From Squalus acanthias (Eukaryota), in contig CM059432.1 in NCBI GenBank assembly GCA_030390025.1, positions 102,984,001 to 103,048,000 on the forward strand: 64,000 bases of DNA. The letters run 5' to 3'. This document shows positions 13,074-24,850 of the stretch, piece by piece. The translations under genes and the position numbers were made by a program. The notes under the pieces are model-generated. The model ran no database searches and was not told the origin of the DNA. It saw nothing but the letters and a program-made list of their open reading frames with translations. Each line of letters opens with the position of its first letter. The stretch's first letter is position 1.

Positions 13074-15407
13074 AAAATAACAAATGAAATCCTTCAGTCT
13101 GCTCCTACCACTGTCCCCCCCCCACCCCAACACCCCTCCCCCCACAACACCCCTCCCCCCCCCACTCCTACCCGCCCCCACCGCCCACTCCCTTGCACTA
13201 AACAGTCCTTCAACCATTCATCCACCCATTGCACATCCGCCCAATGGGTCCCATCATGTATTGACATTCATCATGAAACAAGTGAAAGGGAGAGTTGGCA
13301 CTTGGGACGCAATAATGGGCTAGACATGGAAGTCATGCTAATCAATAAATTTTATGTGGCATTATAAAAAAATGAAACTTAAAATAACATTTTGTCAAAC
13401 AACCATGTACATTTCCTTGGTGAATTACAATGTCTTCTACTTATGCTTCCTACTGCTTCTACATGGTGCATCCTGTGTGGCTTCAGCAGAGATAGAGGCA
13501 GGCTGCTCAGATCCCTGCCCTGACTGCTGAAATGTTTTTGGCCTACGCCATCTAGGTTTTGGTGCCCCTGAGGATCTTGCCAAAGACTGCTCCACCTGCA
13601 CCTGACTTGGCCATCAGAAGACGAGGCATCATGTAGGGTACTGGCTGGGGGGCAGGCAATGGGTTATAAGTGGGAGTGCTTTGAGGGGAGATCCCACTTC
13701 CATGTCCCCTTTCGCCATCATGCTTCTCCTGGGCCAGCGCCACAACACTCCTACCACTCTGCTGCAGACCAGATTGGTAAAGATCAGTGACGTGATGTAA
13801 GGCCACGGATAAGGTATCTGTCATCCTGTTTAAGGTAGCAGACAAGTTGGCAGCCAAAGTCTGCACAGCCGTGGTCATGACCTGCATTTGGAGGCGGCCT
13901 CTCTCTCCATGGCAGACATTCTCGCAATTCTCTGCACCACCAAATCACCGCCAAAGTACCTGGCTAAGTTGCTGATGCATCTCTAGCATTCACCTTCTCA
14001 ACGATAGACCCTGGGGTTCAGCATCTGTGTCCAGCTGAGCAAAGCTTAGAGAGGATTGCATCCCCCGACGTGGACGCTCCACAGCTGTCCCTGCCACCAG
14101 TGTCTGCTCATGCTCACTTGTGAGATGTGAATCACCAGGTGAAAAACCAACTAACTGTCTAAGTGAACCCACCAAAATGTGAGTCTCTGTGCTGGTGCGT
14201 GGTTGTATGTCCTGTGATGGTGCACCCACAGAAGGAATGAGGTCCTCTGAGGAATCATCCTCATGGATGTCCTGCAACACTTGTTGTATGTATGAAGGCC
14301 CTTGAAGACAAAAGATAGGGATATGATTTATTCGTGACAAAGATATTTGTAATTCTGTCACCAGCTATCTGCGAGCTTCCTGTCTCACCATCTCCGACTG
14401 AAAGGGACGCAGATGTGCCATTTATCTCCAGGGTGACCTCCTCTGAATCTGTGAGCTGGAGTATTTGTGGGGATCCACCTCCGGATCTGTTCCTCTCCCT
14501 TGTGTTTTATGCTCTCTCTCCTACAAGTCGCAAAGAACCAGACCTGTGAGTGAGTGAAGGTCAAGTATTCAGCCGATGGATGCAGTGCATTAGGTGAGGG
14601 TGACTGTGAGACAGATGCATCACACTGCATAGGATTGGGTGAGTGTCGACAGTGGATGGATAAATGGAGAGGTGATGAAGTGCATAGATAGTGAAGGCTG
14701 GATGCTGCTGAAAGTTGAGTTCGTGTGAGGAGTGACGTGATGGAGAACACTTAGCAAGACAGAGTGGGAGGGAGGGTGCGCTTAAAGCACAGGATGTAGT
14801 TGAAACAGCTAATGCAGTGTTTCTCAAACTGAGGCCCGCGGATCCCAGGGGGTCTGTAAAGACTTTGCGGAACACCTCCGTTCAGTCCGTAAGGGGGACC
14901 CCGAGCTCCTGGTGGCCTGTCACTTTAATTCACCACTCCATTCCCACTCAGACCTCACCGTCCTCGGCCTTTTGCGTTGTTCCACGGAAGCTCAGCGTAA
15001 GCTCAAGGAACAGCACCTCATCTTTTGATTAGGCACTCTACAGCCCTCTGGACTCAACATAGAGTTCAACAATTTTAGATCATAACCCCGGCCCCTATCA
15101 CATATATATATATTTTCATTTTATTTCTTTTATCCACACTTTTGTTTGGCCTTTTTTCTTCCCTCCCACATGTCAGCTGTCTTTCATTCTGCCAGCGCAA
15201 TTCACACTTCATTTAGTGCCATCCTTTGTTCCTCAACCTGTCCCTTTTCCCCCTCCTTTTGCCTTGAATATCTCTTAATGCCTCTCAATGTCTCTTAATC
15301 TCTACTGCTTTCTATCCTATCACTGACCTTCCCTTTTGTTCTTTCACCCCCTCCCCCTTTTCCCAGCCCTAACTTGCTTTAAAATCTATTTCATTTCCTG
15401 CTTTTTT

Positions 15408-15449
15408 CCAGTTCTGATGAAAGGTCTTCGACCTGAAACGTTAACTCTG
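15408..15449 (+). ncRNA. Minimal type I hammerhead ribozyme motif in Penelope pLTR
   Basis: CTGATGA (15414-20), stem II AGGTC/GACCT, GAAA, palindromic AACGTT stem III, AGTT/AACT stem I. Confidence 0.7.
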
Positions 15450-15458
15450 TTTCTCTCT

Positions 15459-17123
15459 TGTAAGGGGTTCTGTGTCGTGCTTGTATCGCAGACGGTGCTG
15501 GTACGGGGTTAGGCCTTCGTTGCCTAATACTATTGCTTGCTCTGGTCTCCGGCCAGCCTTGTTGCAATAAGCACCTGTGAGTGGTTCGACCCACTCGCCC
15601 TTACGGTTCTAACACTGGACTTAGGTGCGAGAGCAGTAATGCAGAGAAAACTCAAATAGACCCGGTTGAATAGTACGAAATGGAAATCTTTATTGCATAG
15701 CGTCCAAAATCATGAAGTACATGTCATAGGCACAAATTAACAATAGTACAAGTGTACATACATTCATAAAGCTTGGTCTATGGTAATGAAGAACGCACGG
15801 CACATCGTAAAAAGGGGAACACATTATACTTTATCCTTAATAAAACCACCTTCCCCTATCAATACCTACACTACATCTAGATTTGTAGGATCGGGAAACA
15901 TGCTCACCACTCGTGATACTTCGGAGAATTTTAAAGTGAGGCGCTCGGCTCGTTTCGCTGCAGCGCCTGACTGTCACGTGTTTGAAGGGGTCTCTGTACC
16001 CCACTTGTTTACTTTCGCTGCTGCTGCAAGCAGGCTGGGCTCCCCGTTGTCATGAAGAACTCGACAGTGCTCGGGCCCGGCTGTAGAACTCAAAGAAAAG
16101 TCTTCCTGGACCGACACCAGTTACCGGTAGAATTCAAAGAAGAGTCTTCTTGTATCGACACCGGTTGTCGATAGAATTCGAAGAAGAGTCTTTCACTGGT
16201 TCGTGCAGCAACCTATAGAGTTCAAAAATGGTCTATATATTTTCGGGCGCGGTCGGGGTTTACTGACCGCGGCGGCACGTGGACTCTTCTTCTTCTCTTC
16301 TCATCTTGTCTTGTCTTTTCGGGCCTTCGGGTCCAGAACACCGTTTACCGACACTCGGGATGGTGCACCCGAATACGCGCCCTCCGTCGAGGCGGCTCGT
16401 CCCGATTGAGCTCCACCCAACATTAGTCGACAGAGTCCAGAGAAAACACAGAAGGCTGCTCGTCCAGCAGAGCGATACCCGAGGATAAGGATAGGAGAGA
16501 TAAGAGAGCGATGGACATTTGTTCACTATAGTTATAGCGCTGTGTTTTCTTATCTCCCGCCCAAATCTTAATGTTTGTCCTTTGTGAAATATTGGCGCTC
16601 AAAACTCCCAGCATGGTGTGATTCTTGTCTTTAACGGGTTTCGGTAGCACCTGAGACTGGCCAACTACCCGTTAATGTTTTCCCCATTGTCGAACCGGCT
16701 AGGAGCCCCCCCTGGCTGGGTTTTGGGGCCCCTGAATACTTGTTTAGTCACCCGAGAATGGCTCTCTCATTGTAGAGCCGTGGGGGTATTTGCGTGTTGA
16801 TGTGTCTGGATGGGCCTTTGATTGCCCAGTACAATGGTCCTTACTTGTGCATGGAAAATGATTCCAGCACTCATATCTTTTGCTATTGTCACAAATGCAA
16901 ACAGGTTGCATCCTGTCTTTATCAGTGCTTATCGAAAATGTTTATTCGAACGCCATCTTGTCTGCCCACTGTGCTTCTGGAAACTTCTGCCACGATGCGC
17001 GGCAGCCATTTTACAGGCTTCTGTGTCTTGTTTAATCATGACAGCATTTCGTTTAAATAAACTGATCAAACGAATCTGCTTCTATCTCGTTATTTCGAAT
17101 CGCGATAATTGCGAAACTTTACA
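15459..17123 (-). mobile_element. Solo LTR (1665 bp) of the retrovirus-like family at 58989
   Basis: TG...CA ends; 4-bp TSD CTCT (15455-58, 17124-27); collinear with reverse complement of 58989-60668. Confidence 0.95.
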
Positions 17124-17723
17124 CTCTCCACAGATGCTGCCTGGCCTGCTGAGTTTTTCCAGTGTTTTCTGTTGTTATTTCGGTCTGTAAAGACTTTCCA
17201 GGCGGTCCGAGACCTGTCCACTCTCTGCCATCCTGCCCCGTACTGACCCATGCCGCTGGGGCTATGGTTTTCCTCAAGCTCCAGGACCAGTTAAGCCCCA
17301 CGCCACGCACCTTGTTGTTAGTGAGACTGTGGATGAGGAGCCATGGCCACTGCTTGGGCCTGTGAAGCTGGGGCCAGGGGACTGTACCTGTGACTGGAGC
17401 CTGAGCTGAGCTGAGCCAAGCTGCCAGTGGGGGCGTCACTGAATGGCCAGTGGGCCAGGTCAACCCCAGGGACCTCCATTTCCCCGGAGCCAGCTCTTCT
17501 CTGGCCCATCCCCCATCCCAAAATCACAGTTCTCGAGTCGCTGCCACCCACTTCTTGCGGTGAACTTCACCGGTTCCCCCTGGGTTACTCATAGCGTGCT
17601 GGGTCGCCTCCTTCTCCGAGGTTTGCCAGCAGCGGTCCCCAGGCTCGTTTAACCTCTGGCTGATTTTATTTGGTTTGAGGCCGGACCCTGAGTTGTGATG
17701 GATCAGAGGAGGGAGGGGTGGCA

Positions 17724-18123
17724 AGTGCCGGTATTCCATTATTGGCGTTGCGCGTGCCGGGGGTTCCATTATTCGGGGGTGCACGTGCCGGGGGTTCCAT
17801 TATTCGGGGGTGCGCGTGCCGGGGGTTCCATTATTCGGGGGTGCACGTCCGGCGGTTGCATTATTCGGGGGGGGCGGGGGCAGGGGGTTCCATTATTTGG
17901 GGGTGCACGTGCCGGGGGTTCCATTATTCGGGGGTGCGCGTGCCGGGGATTCCATTATTCGGGCGGGGGGGGGCAGGGGGTTCCATTATTCGGGGGGAGG
18001 GGCAGGGGGTTCCATTATTCGGGGGTGCACGTGCTGGGGGTTCCATTATTCGGGGGTGCGCGTGCCGGGGGTTCCATTATTCGGGGGTGCGCGTGCCGGG
18101 GGTTCCATTATTCGGGGGTGCAC
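17724..18123. repeat. 31-bp GC-rich minisatellite, ~13 copies, inside the hAT element
   Basis: Unit GTGCCGGGGGTTCCATTATTCGGGGGTGCAC. Confidence 0.95.
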
Positions 18124-19669
18124 ACCAGGGCTTTGTGACCAGAAACTTTTCGCTCGCACACGGTGCCCCTTTGATGGGCTGTGGGTCCGGGTCGATACTT
18201 TGTGCACGTGTTAAATTCTTGATTTGAGAGAGATACTTTCTCCTGAGTGTGGAGGCTGCGGCAGGCTGTGAATGAACTACGCTGCACTTTGCACATCTGT
18301 TTATGCCCGGCTCCAGTGGCAGAGGTTTGTGAGCCTTCTTAATCAGGAATAGCGCTGGGAGAAGAAGTAAACCTCTGTCGGTCAGTCTGTCTTATCCAAT
18401 GTGTTGATGGTACCAAAAGTCACCCAGAGTCGCGAGACTGTTCAGTAGTTTTCAGTGATCATAGAATTAGGTAATTTCAAGTCTGCTTTTCTTTATAAAA
18501 CCAACACTGATTCAGTTCTTGTGAATTATTCTCAACAGCTGGGCCCACCTCCTCACAGAGGTCCACAGCTCTCACTCACTAGTGACCACCTGTTGCTGTG
18601 GAGTACCCAGAATTGGTGTGAGAAGCAGGCACACCCACTAATAGCTGCAAGTAAGTACCTGTTTTCTTAAAAACATTATTAAAACACTCTTTACATGCAG
18701 CGCTTTCATATTATGAGTATTATATAGCATTATAATTTAGATGCAGGGGGTCTGTGAATACTAATTGATTTGAAAAGGGATCCTTCAACCAAAAAAGCTT
18801 GAGAACCACTGAGCTAATGTACTTACTTTTCCCGATGTGGTTAGGTCATTAAACCGCTTCCTACATTGCATCCATGACCTGGGCACAACGCTCCTGCTGC
18901 TCACTGCCTCAGCTATCTCCAACCACGCCTTCTTGATGAAAGCAGCAGACTTTTTCCTTCAATTGCAGGGGAAAAGTATTTCCCACCGGCTCCTGACTGC
19001 GCCCAGCAGTAATTCCAGCAGTGTAATTGAATCTGGGTGCTGCCCTTGCTCTGTGTCCACCATCCACCCGGAACATGTCCAATTTCTATTTGTGCACTGT
19101 CCCTTTCAATACAGTTGAGATCATGTGGGTGCGCATCATACCCACTACTTAGCTTGGAGATGCAAAACCAGGAAGTCAAAATTTATTGGCACAATTCAGT
19201 TGCGATCGCGAATTCTGACCTGCTCAATTGACTTCCAGGTTTCCCCTACGCAATTCCACCCCCTTAATCGGAAGCCACCTTCATATTAATATCAAGACCA
19301 ATGGCTCTAAAGGTTTCTGCACCATCAATGTTAGGCTGATTGGCCTGTAATTGTCGGGTTTATCCCTCTCCTCTTTTCAAACAGGGGTGTAACATTTGCA
19401 ATCCTCCAGTCCCCTGGCACCACTCCCATATCCAAGGAGGATTACAAGATTGTGGCCAGAGCCTCCACAATTTCCACCTTAACTTCCCTCAGCAACCTAG
19501 GATGCATCCGGTCTTGACCGGGTGACTTTCCTACTTTGAGCATTCTCAACCTTTTAAGTACCTCCTCTTTATCTATTTTTATCCTATCCAATTTCTCTAT
19601 TACATCCTCCTTTACTGTGACATTGACTTCTCCTTTAGTGAAGACAGATGCAAAGTATTCATTTAGCAC

Positions 19670-19901
19670 TTCACAGAATCAGAATCACAGAATCCCCACA
19701 GTGCAGATAGAGGCCATTTCGGCCGATCGAGCCTGCACCAACACATATCCCACCCTATCCCCGTAACCCCACGTATTTAATCCCCCTAACACTAAGGGTC
19801 AATTTATCATAGCCAAATCAACCTAACCCGCACATCTTTGGACTGTGGGAGGAAACCGGAGCACCCAGAGGACACGGGGAGAATGTGCAAACTCCGCACA
19901 G
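19670..19901 (-). mobile_element. HE1-like V-SINE, 5'-truncated, fused to a MITE terminus (19902-19937)
   Basis: V-domain-like GGAGTTTGCACATTCTCCCCGTGTC...GGTGCTCCGGTTTCCTCCCACAGTCCAAAGATGTGC; CR1-like (ATTCTG) tail. Confidence 0.8.
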
Positions 19902-21155
19902 CGCGTACCCACCCGTAGGGATCGGAATATCCGGGCCTATATCTTTAGTCATCCAGGGAACTCTAGCTTTGGATGCGTTTCCTTTCCCCCATGTGGGAGT
20001 GTGTCTTGTCTGTACCCAAACTATATCCTCTTTGAAGGCCTCCCATTGCTCATTTACTGTTTTGCCTACCAATTTTTGATCCAATCCACCTGGGCCAGTT
20101 CAACTCCTTGAAATTAGCCTCCCTCCAGTTGAATATTTTCGTATTTGATTTTCCTTGTTCTTTTCTATAACTACTCTAAACCTAATGATATTATGATCAC
20201 TGTTTCCCAAATGCTCTCCCATTGTAACATGCTCCACTTGCCCCACTTCATTTCCCAGAATTAGATCCAGCACTGCTTCCTTCCTTACAATAGCAAAATA
20301 ATGCGGATGCTGGAAATCTGAAATAACAACAGAAAATGCTGGAAACACTCAGCAGGCCAGGCATCATCCGTGGAGAGAGAAACAGAGTTAACAGTTCAGC
20401 TCTCTGACTCTTCGTCAGAACTGGAAAAAGTTGGAGATGGAACAGGTTTTAAGCAGCTGCAGAGGCAGGGAAAGGGGGAGGAAGGAACTAAAGGGACGGT
20501 CTGTGTCAGGATGGAAGTCAAGAGAGATTAAATGTTGCAAATCACCCCCAACAGCCCTTCCCCTTCGCCCGGCACCTTCCCGTGCAAGCGCAGGAGATGC
20601 GACACCTGCCCTTTTACCTCCTCCCTTCCCACTGTCCAGGGCCCCAAGCACCCCTTCCAGGTGAAACAGCGATTTATTTGTACTTCATAGCAATTTAGTA
20701 TACTGTATTCGTTGCTCACGATGTGGTCTCCTCTACATTGGGGAGACCAAACGCAGATTGGGTGACCGCTTTGCGGAACACCTCCGTTCAGTCCATAAGG
20801 GTAACCGTTCGCCTGCCACTTTAATTCTCTGCTCCACTCCCACTCTGACCTCTCTGTCTTCGGCCTCTTACACTGTTCAAATGAAGCTCAACGTAAGCTC
20901 GAGGAACAGCACCTCATCTTTCGATTAGGCACTTTACAGCCTTCTGGACTCAACATTGAGTTCAACAATTTCAGACTATAACCTCTGCCCCCATTTTTTC
21001 AGGCGGCAGCTGTTGATGATTCTGCCATCCCCATTTGCAACATTTAATCTCTCCTGCCTTCCAGTCTAGCACAGACCATCCCTTTTGTTCTTGTCACCCC
21101 TCCCCCTTTCCCTGCATCTGCACCTGCTTAAAACCTGTTACATCCCTAACTTTTT

Positions 21156-21190
21156 CCAGTTCTGACGATGGGTCACAGACCTGAAACGTT
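21156..21190 (+). ncRNA. Hammerhead ribozyme motif interrupted at stem III by Harbinger H2 (resumes at 29887)
   Basis: CTGACGA..GGTC ACA GACC..GAAACGTT | GTTAAC. Confidence 0.6.
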
Positions 21191-21470
21191 GGGCCTGATT
21201 TTGCCATTGGGGGCGAGCTGGGGCGTGTCAGGTGGTTTTCGTGTCAGGACCCCGACTCCGATGTGAAGTGGGGAAAAAGTGCGATTTTGCCCTAATTGGG
21301 CACTTGATTTCCAGCGTGTGGCAACCCCTGGCCCAATTAGTCTTTTCATACAGAAAATCGCCTCCGATGACGTCATCAATGCTGCTGGATTTAAGGCCTG
21401 CAAACAGCCTTGCTTCTTCTGGAGACTTTAAACTTTATGCCCATTGTTGTGATCGCTTCATTCAGCAACT

Positions 21471-24400
21471 ATGTCCAGTAGTAGGCCAAAATGTGCTCCA
21501 AGGTTCGATGAGGCCTCCCTCCAAGCTCCAGTGGAGGGAGCAAGATAAAATAAGGAGGTGCTCTTCCCTTCCTCAGGGAGGAAAAAGCCTCCCTAGCAGA
21601 CTAAAGCTATGTGGATGCAAGTGGCCCAGGAGGTCAACTCAATCTCTATGTGCCGCAGAACCTGGCTGCAGTGCAGGAAGAGGTTTCATGACCTTCTCCA
21701 CACAGGAAAAGTGAGTATGACTTTCCCATCACCCTCAATCTGATTCCCATCGCCTCTCCTCACCAGCACTCTGCTTTGCCAACCTCTTCCTCCACATCCC
21801 ACTTGACACTTACATCCCTGCACCCTTACCCATTCCCTCTCTCTCTGTGGTCACATTCACTTAACTATTCTACCATGCAGCCCTCACACTCCCTATCACT
21901 GTGATGCAATGACAACAACTTACAACACACAGGGAGGGCCCTTTGTCTCCTTCTAAGCATCTATGCTATGGATTCTCTACACTCACTCCTTCATTCTCAC
22001 TCAAACTCCACTTGTGTCCCTCATTGCAGGAAAAGAGAGCCCACAATAAGAGGAAAAGAGCGTGGACAAGAGGAGGGCCGCCCTCAGTAGCCCAGCTCAC
22101 CACCTCGGAGGAGGCGGCCCTGGAAATCGCCGGTGTCGAGGAAGATTCGCAAGTGGGGGACGGACAGACGGGCGCATCACAGCAAGCTGGTGACAGAATA
22201 GTTTGGCATCTCTCTCATTGACATTGCATGAGTGACTGATAATGATTCTGATGCTCTAACAGATTGACTTATGATCATCTGCACAATTCAATGTGCATGC
22301 AACCTTTACCTCACATCTCTAACTCTTTCCTTTACTTGAAGGGATAATTACTAGTCCTAGCCCCTTTAGGGCTACCCCGTATCAGGCGTATCTCTCAGAC
22401 GTTCACTTTCAACTAAAGTTTGAGGTGGCCGAATCCTAATGACGCTTAATTGGGTCTAAAGGTCCGGACTATCTCTCCCTAAAGGAAAGGAACAACCTGA
22501 AAATGTTACCATCCTCCAGATAGCATTTTTAATAAGTTTAGCTAGACTGTAACGTTCCGGATATTATGAGGGTCCGGAAAACTCCCCCTGAATTCTGCAA
22601 CTCCTCACCAAAGAGTGTACAGAGATTGAGTTTGCGAGTTTTTGATACAGAAGTCTTATATGAGACAATTCTAAAAATATATAGATTTATTAAAGAACCG
22701 ACATGTTATTTACAGTTGATGAGTCAATCGCAACATTAACAGTTCCAAAAAGAGAAAGCTTACAATCTTATTATCAGAGAACTTTACTTTCAAATCTTAA
22801 CTTCGCTACAGTTTTACAGTTCTTTAAAGTCTACAGGATATCCACCAAAATCAAATACCTTTGATCCCCGAGGTACAAAGAGTTGGAGACTTACAGAGCC
22901 GCCTCTGAAGCCGAGAATCGCTTTGCCCGATTAAAGCGAGTCTGTTATCCCATTTGAGAGTTCAATATTTATACCCTTTTCCAGTGGTATTTCCTTTAAG
23001 GTTTTCTGCTGATGCAAGCTAATTATCTCTAGTCAGTTTTCTGCTGACTTCTGCAATTCTTACTGCCAGACTCATGTCTCATCTCGAGGTGTTCTAAGTT
23101 TACCATATAAAAAATGGTGTGTTGGCAGGTGTTTCTTTATGTCATCTTTACGAGGGCAGATGTTCCTTACTTTATGTTCTTCTTTAAGAAGTGTAAATTA
23201 GAACACCTTATCCAGGGTGAACCATTGTTTCTTTTCGCAAAGGTCAGCCTGTCAGAGCCCTTCACCTTCTGTTTCAATAAGGTTATTTATTCAGGGTCAA
23301 CAACTACCTTATCTCAATAGCCAGAATGTTTTCACAGCTATTTCACAGTTAGGTTTCTAAATTTCCAAACCCAGTTTGTCATATTTTAATAAGGCCAGAA
23401 TTCTTTCATGAGACAGGGTATTTTTCTGAATTGGTTATATGGCTTATTCCTTCACATACTCCCCCACAGGACCATCGGCAGCCCCCGTCCCCACTGTCCA
23501 GGAGGATCAGCCTGAGCTTCAAGACTCCTCAGAGAAAGCTGCAACCTCTGAGGGTGCAGCCTCAGCAGAATTCAGCGCACCCAGCACCAGCGCAGACACT
23601 CACACCTCGGTGGGACCTTCGCGAGATAGAGTAGTGTTGTCACCTGGTGTATCACAGCTCACAAGTGAGCATCAGCAGGTGGTGGAGACAGGGACAGCAG
23701 TGGAGAGCCCTCGTCGGAGGGCATAGGACTCTGCCTGCTCGGCTCAGCTGCATGTCGACCCTGTGCCTCCAGGTCCATCCAGAAGGAGAGTGGTGCTGGA
23801 ATTCCAGGAACAGGTGCAGGAGTCTCTGGCAGGTTTTGTCTCCAAGGTCGCTGCGAGTGTGGAGAGAATGGAGGAGTCCATCGCGAACATGAGCAGAGCC
23901 TTTGTGGAGGCATTGGCGCATGAACGCATCACCATGGAATGGATGGCTATGGTAGAGGAGAGGATGGCTATGGCCATGGAGGAGCTAAGTCACCAGAGTG
24001 TTGAAAACATGGTCATTGTTCAGAATAGACTGGCATCTCTTGAGGAGTGATGGTTAGCTATTGAGCATAGAAACCAGACCTTCATGGAAGTCCTCTGGAG
24101 TAGGACTTCCAGTGCAGAAACGGGTCCTCATGGCCCCCCTGAAGTGCAGCAAGGTGCTGTCAAGCCACTTGCTAGCTCTAAAGTGGGGCTGATCCATGAG
24201 AGGGATGTTGGTGGTAGATAACAAGGAAGTGGGGGCTCCTCTCCAAGCACTCACATGACCATGCCACTGCAAAGACCTCGGTCAGAGCCCCACCAGAGTC
24301 CTCACCCAACTGAGATGGGCATCTCATCCCCTGCACAGCCGCAGGAGCAGCAGACTGTTGCCGAGCCCTCGCAGGTTCGCAACCCCAGAGGATGGCCGCC

Positions 24401-24527
24401 AAAGGTGTCGAGACAGGAGCAGCAAGAAAGTGAGCAAGGGGCCTCCACATCTGCTGAAGTCACAGGGGAAGCACCACATAGGAGCACGCGTAAGAGGAAG
24501 ATAATGCACAAGAAGTCACAAGGGTAG
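21471..24527 (+). pseudogene. Harbinger Myb/SANT-like gene, exons 21471-21710, 22030-22189, 23470-24527
   Basis: APRFDE...WMQVAQEVNS...RTWLQCRKRFHDL; GT/AG splice sites; in-frame stops. Confidence 0.85.
22337..23456 (-). mobile_element. Solo LTR (1120 bp), second family, in intron 2 of the H2 Myb gene
   Basis: TGAAGGGATAA...TTATTCCTTCACA; 4-bp TSD TACT (22333-36, 23457-60); minus-strand TATA (~22970) upstream of AATAAA (~22690). Confidence 0.85.
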
Positions 24528-24850
24528 TCAGTTGGGTGTTATGCTGTGTTTATTTTTGAAATGCCATCAGTTGCTTGTTGTGATAAAAAAATTCTGATGG
24601 AAAACTGTTGAAGTTGTGGCCTGTATCATTTCGCAAATGGGACTTCCACATTGAGGGCTTAGAGCGACTTGCAATTGTCAGTATGGTGGTCAGAGTGATA
24701 GGAATCCGCAAGTTCTTGCCCATTGTCGATGCTCTGGTAAGAAGGTGCAAGGCAAAAGTGTTTGACTGTGCAGGCTAAGCAAATCTGGCCAACATGAGTG
24801 TGTCCCTTGCATCCCGGGCAGCAATGTGGTCACGTGCTGGCGCCTTCTGG

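Larger units (their letters stand above)
14867..17181 (+). mobile_element. 5'-truncated Penelope-like element (GIY-YIG end + pLTR) split by a solo LTR
   Basis: AEHLRSV...VACHFN...KEQHLIF; 16-bp direct repeat GGTCTGTAAAGACTTT at 14851-66 and 17182-97. Confidence 0.85.
14815..18811. mobile_element. hAT (Charlie-like) non-autonomous DNA transposon
   Basis: TIRs CAGTGTTTCTCAAACT / AGCTTGAGAACCACTG; perfect 8-bp TSD AGCTAATG (14807-14, 18812-19); KQAHP remnant near 18620 resembles Charlie transposase C-termini. Confidence 0.9.
13400..19076 (-). pseudogene. Harbinger Myb/SANT-like DNA-binding protein, 3 exons (~19076-18827, ~14543-14385, ~14242-13400)
   Basis: Exon 1 encodes KKAWLEIAEAVSSRSVVPRSWMQCRKRFNDL followed by GTAAGT donor; exon layout parallels 21471-24527. 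Confidence 0.8.
11841..19300. mobile_element. PIF/Harbinger transposon H1 (nuclease +, Myb gene -), hosting nested inserts; right end unresolved
   Basis: Left terminus GAGCCAGATTTTGC after AAT; convergent nuclease and Myb/SANT pseudogenes. Confidence 0.8.

Noticed and set aside
16085..16235. CRISPR-like repeat/spacer periodicity
   Set aside because: Eukaryotic LTR context, linkers related to each other, no cas genes
17695..18227. Three overlapping Gly-rich ORFs
   Set aside because: Artefact of a stop-free 31-bp minisatellite
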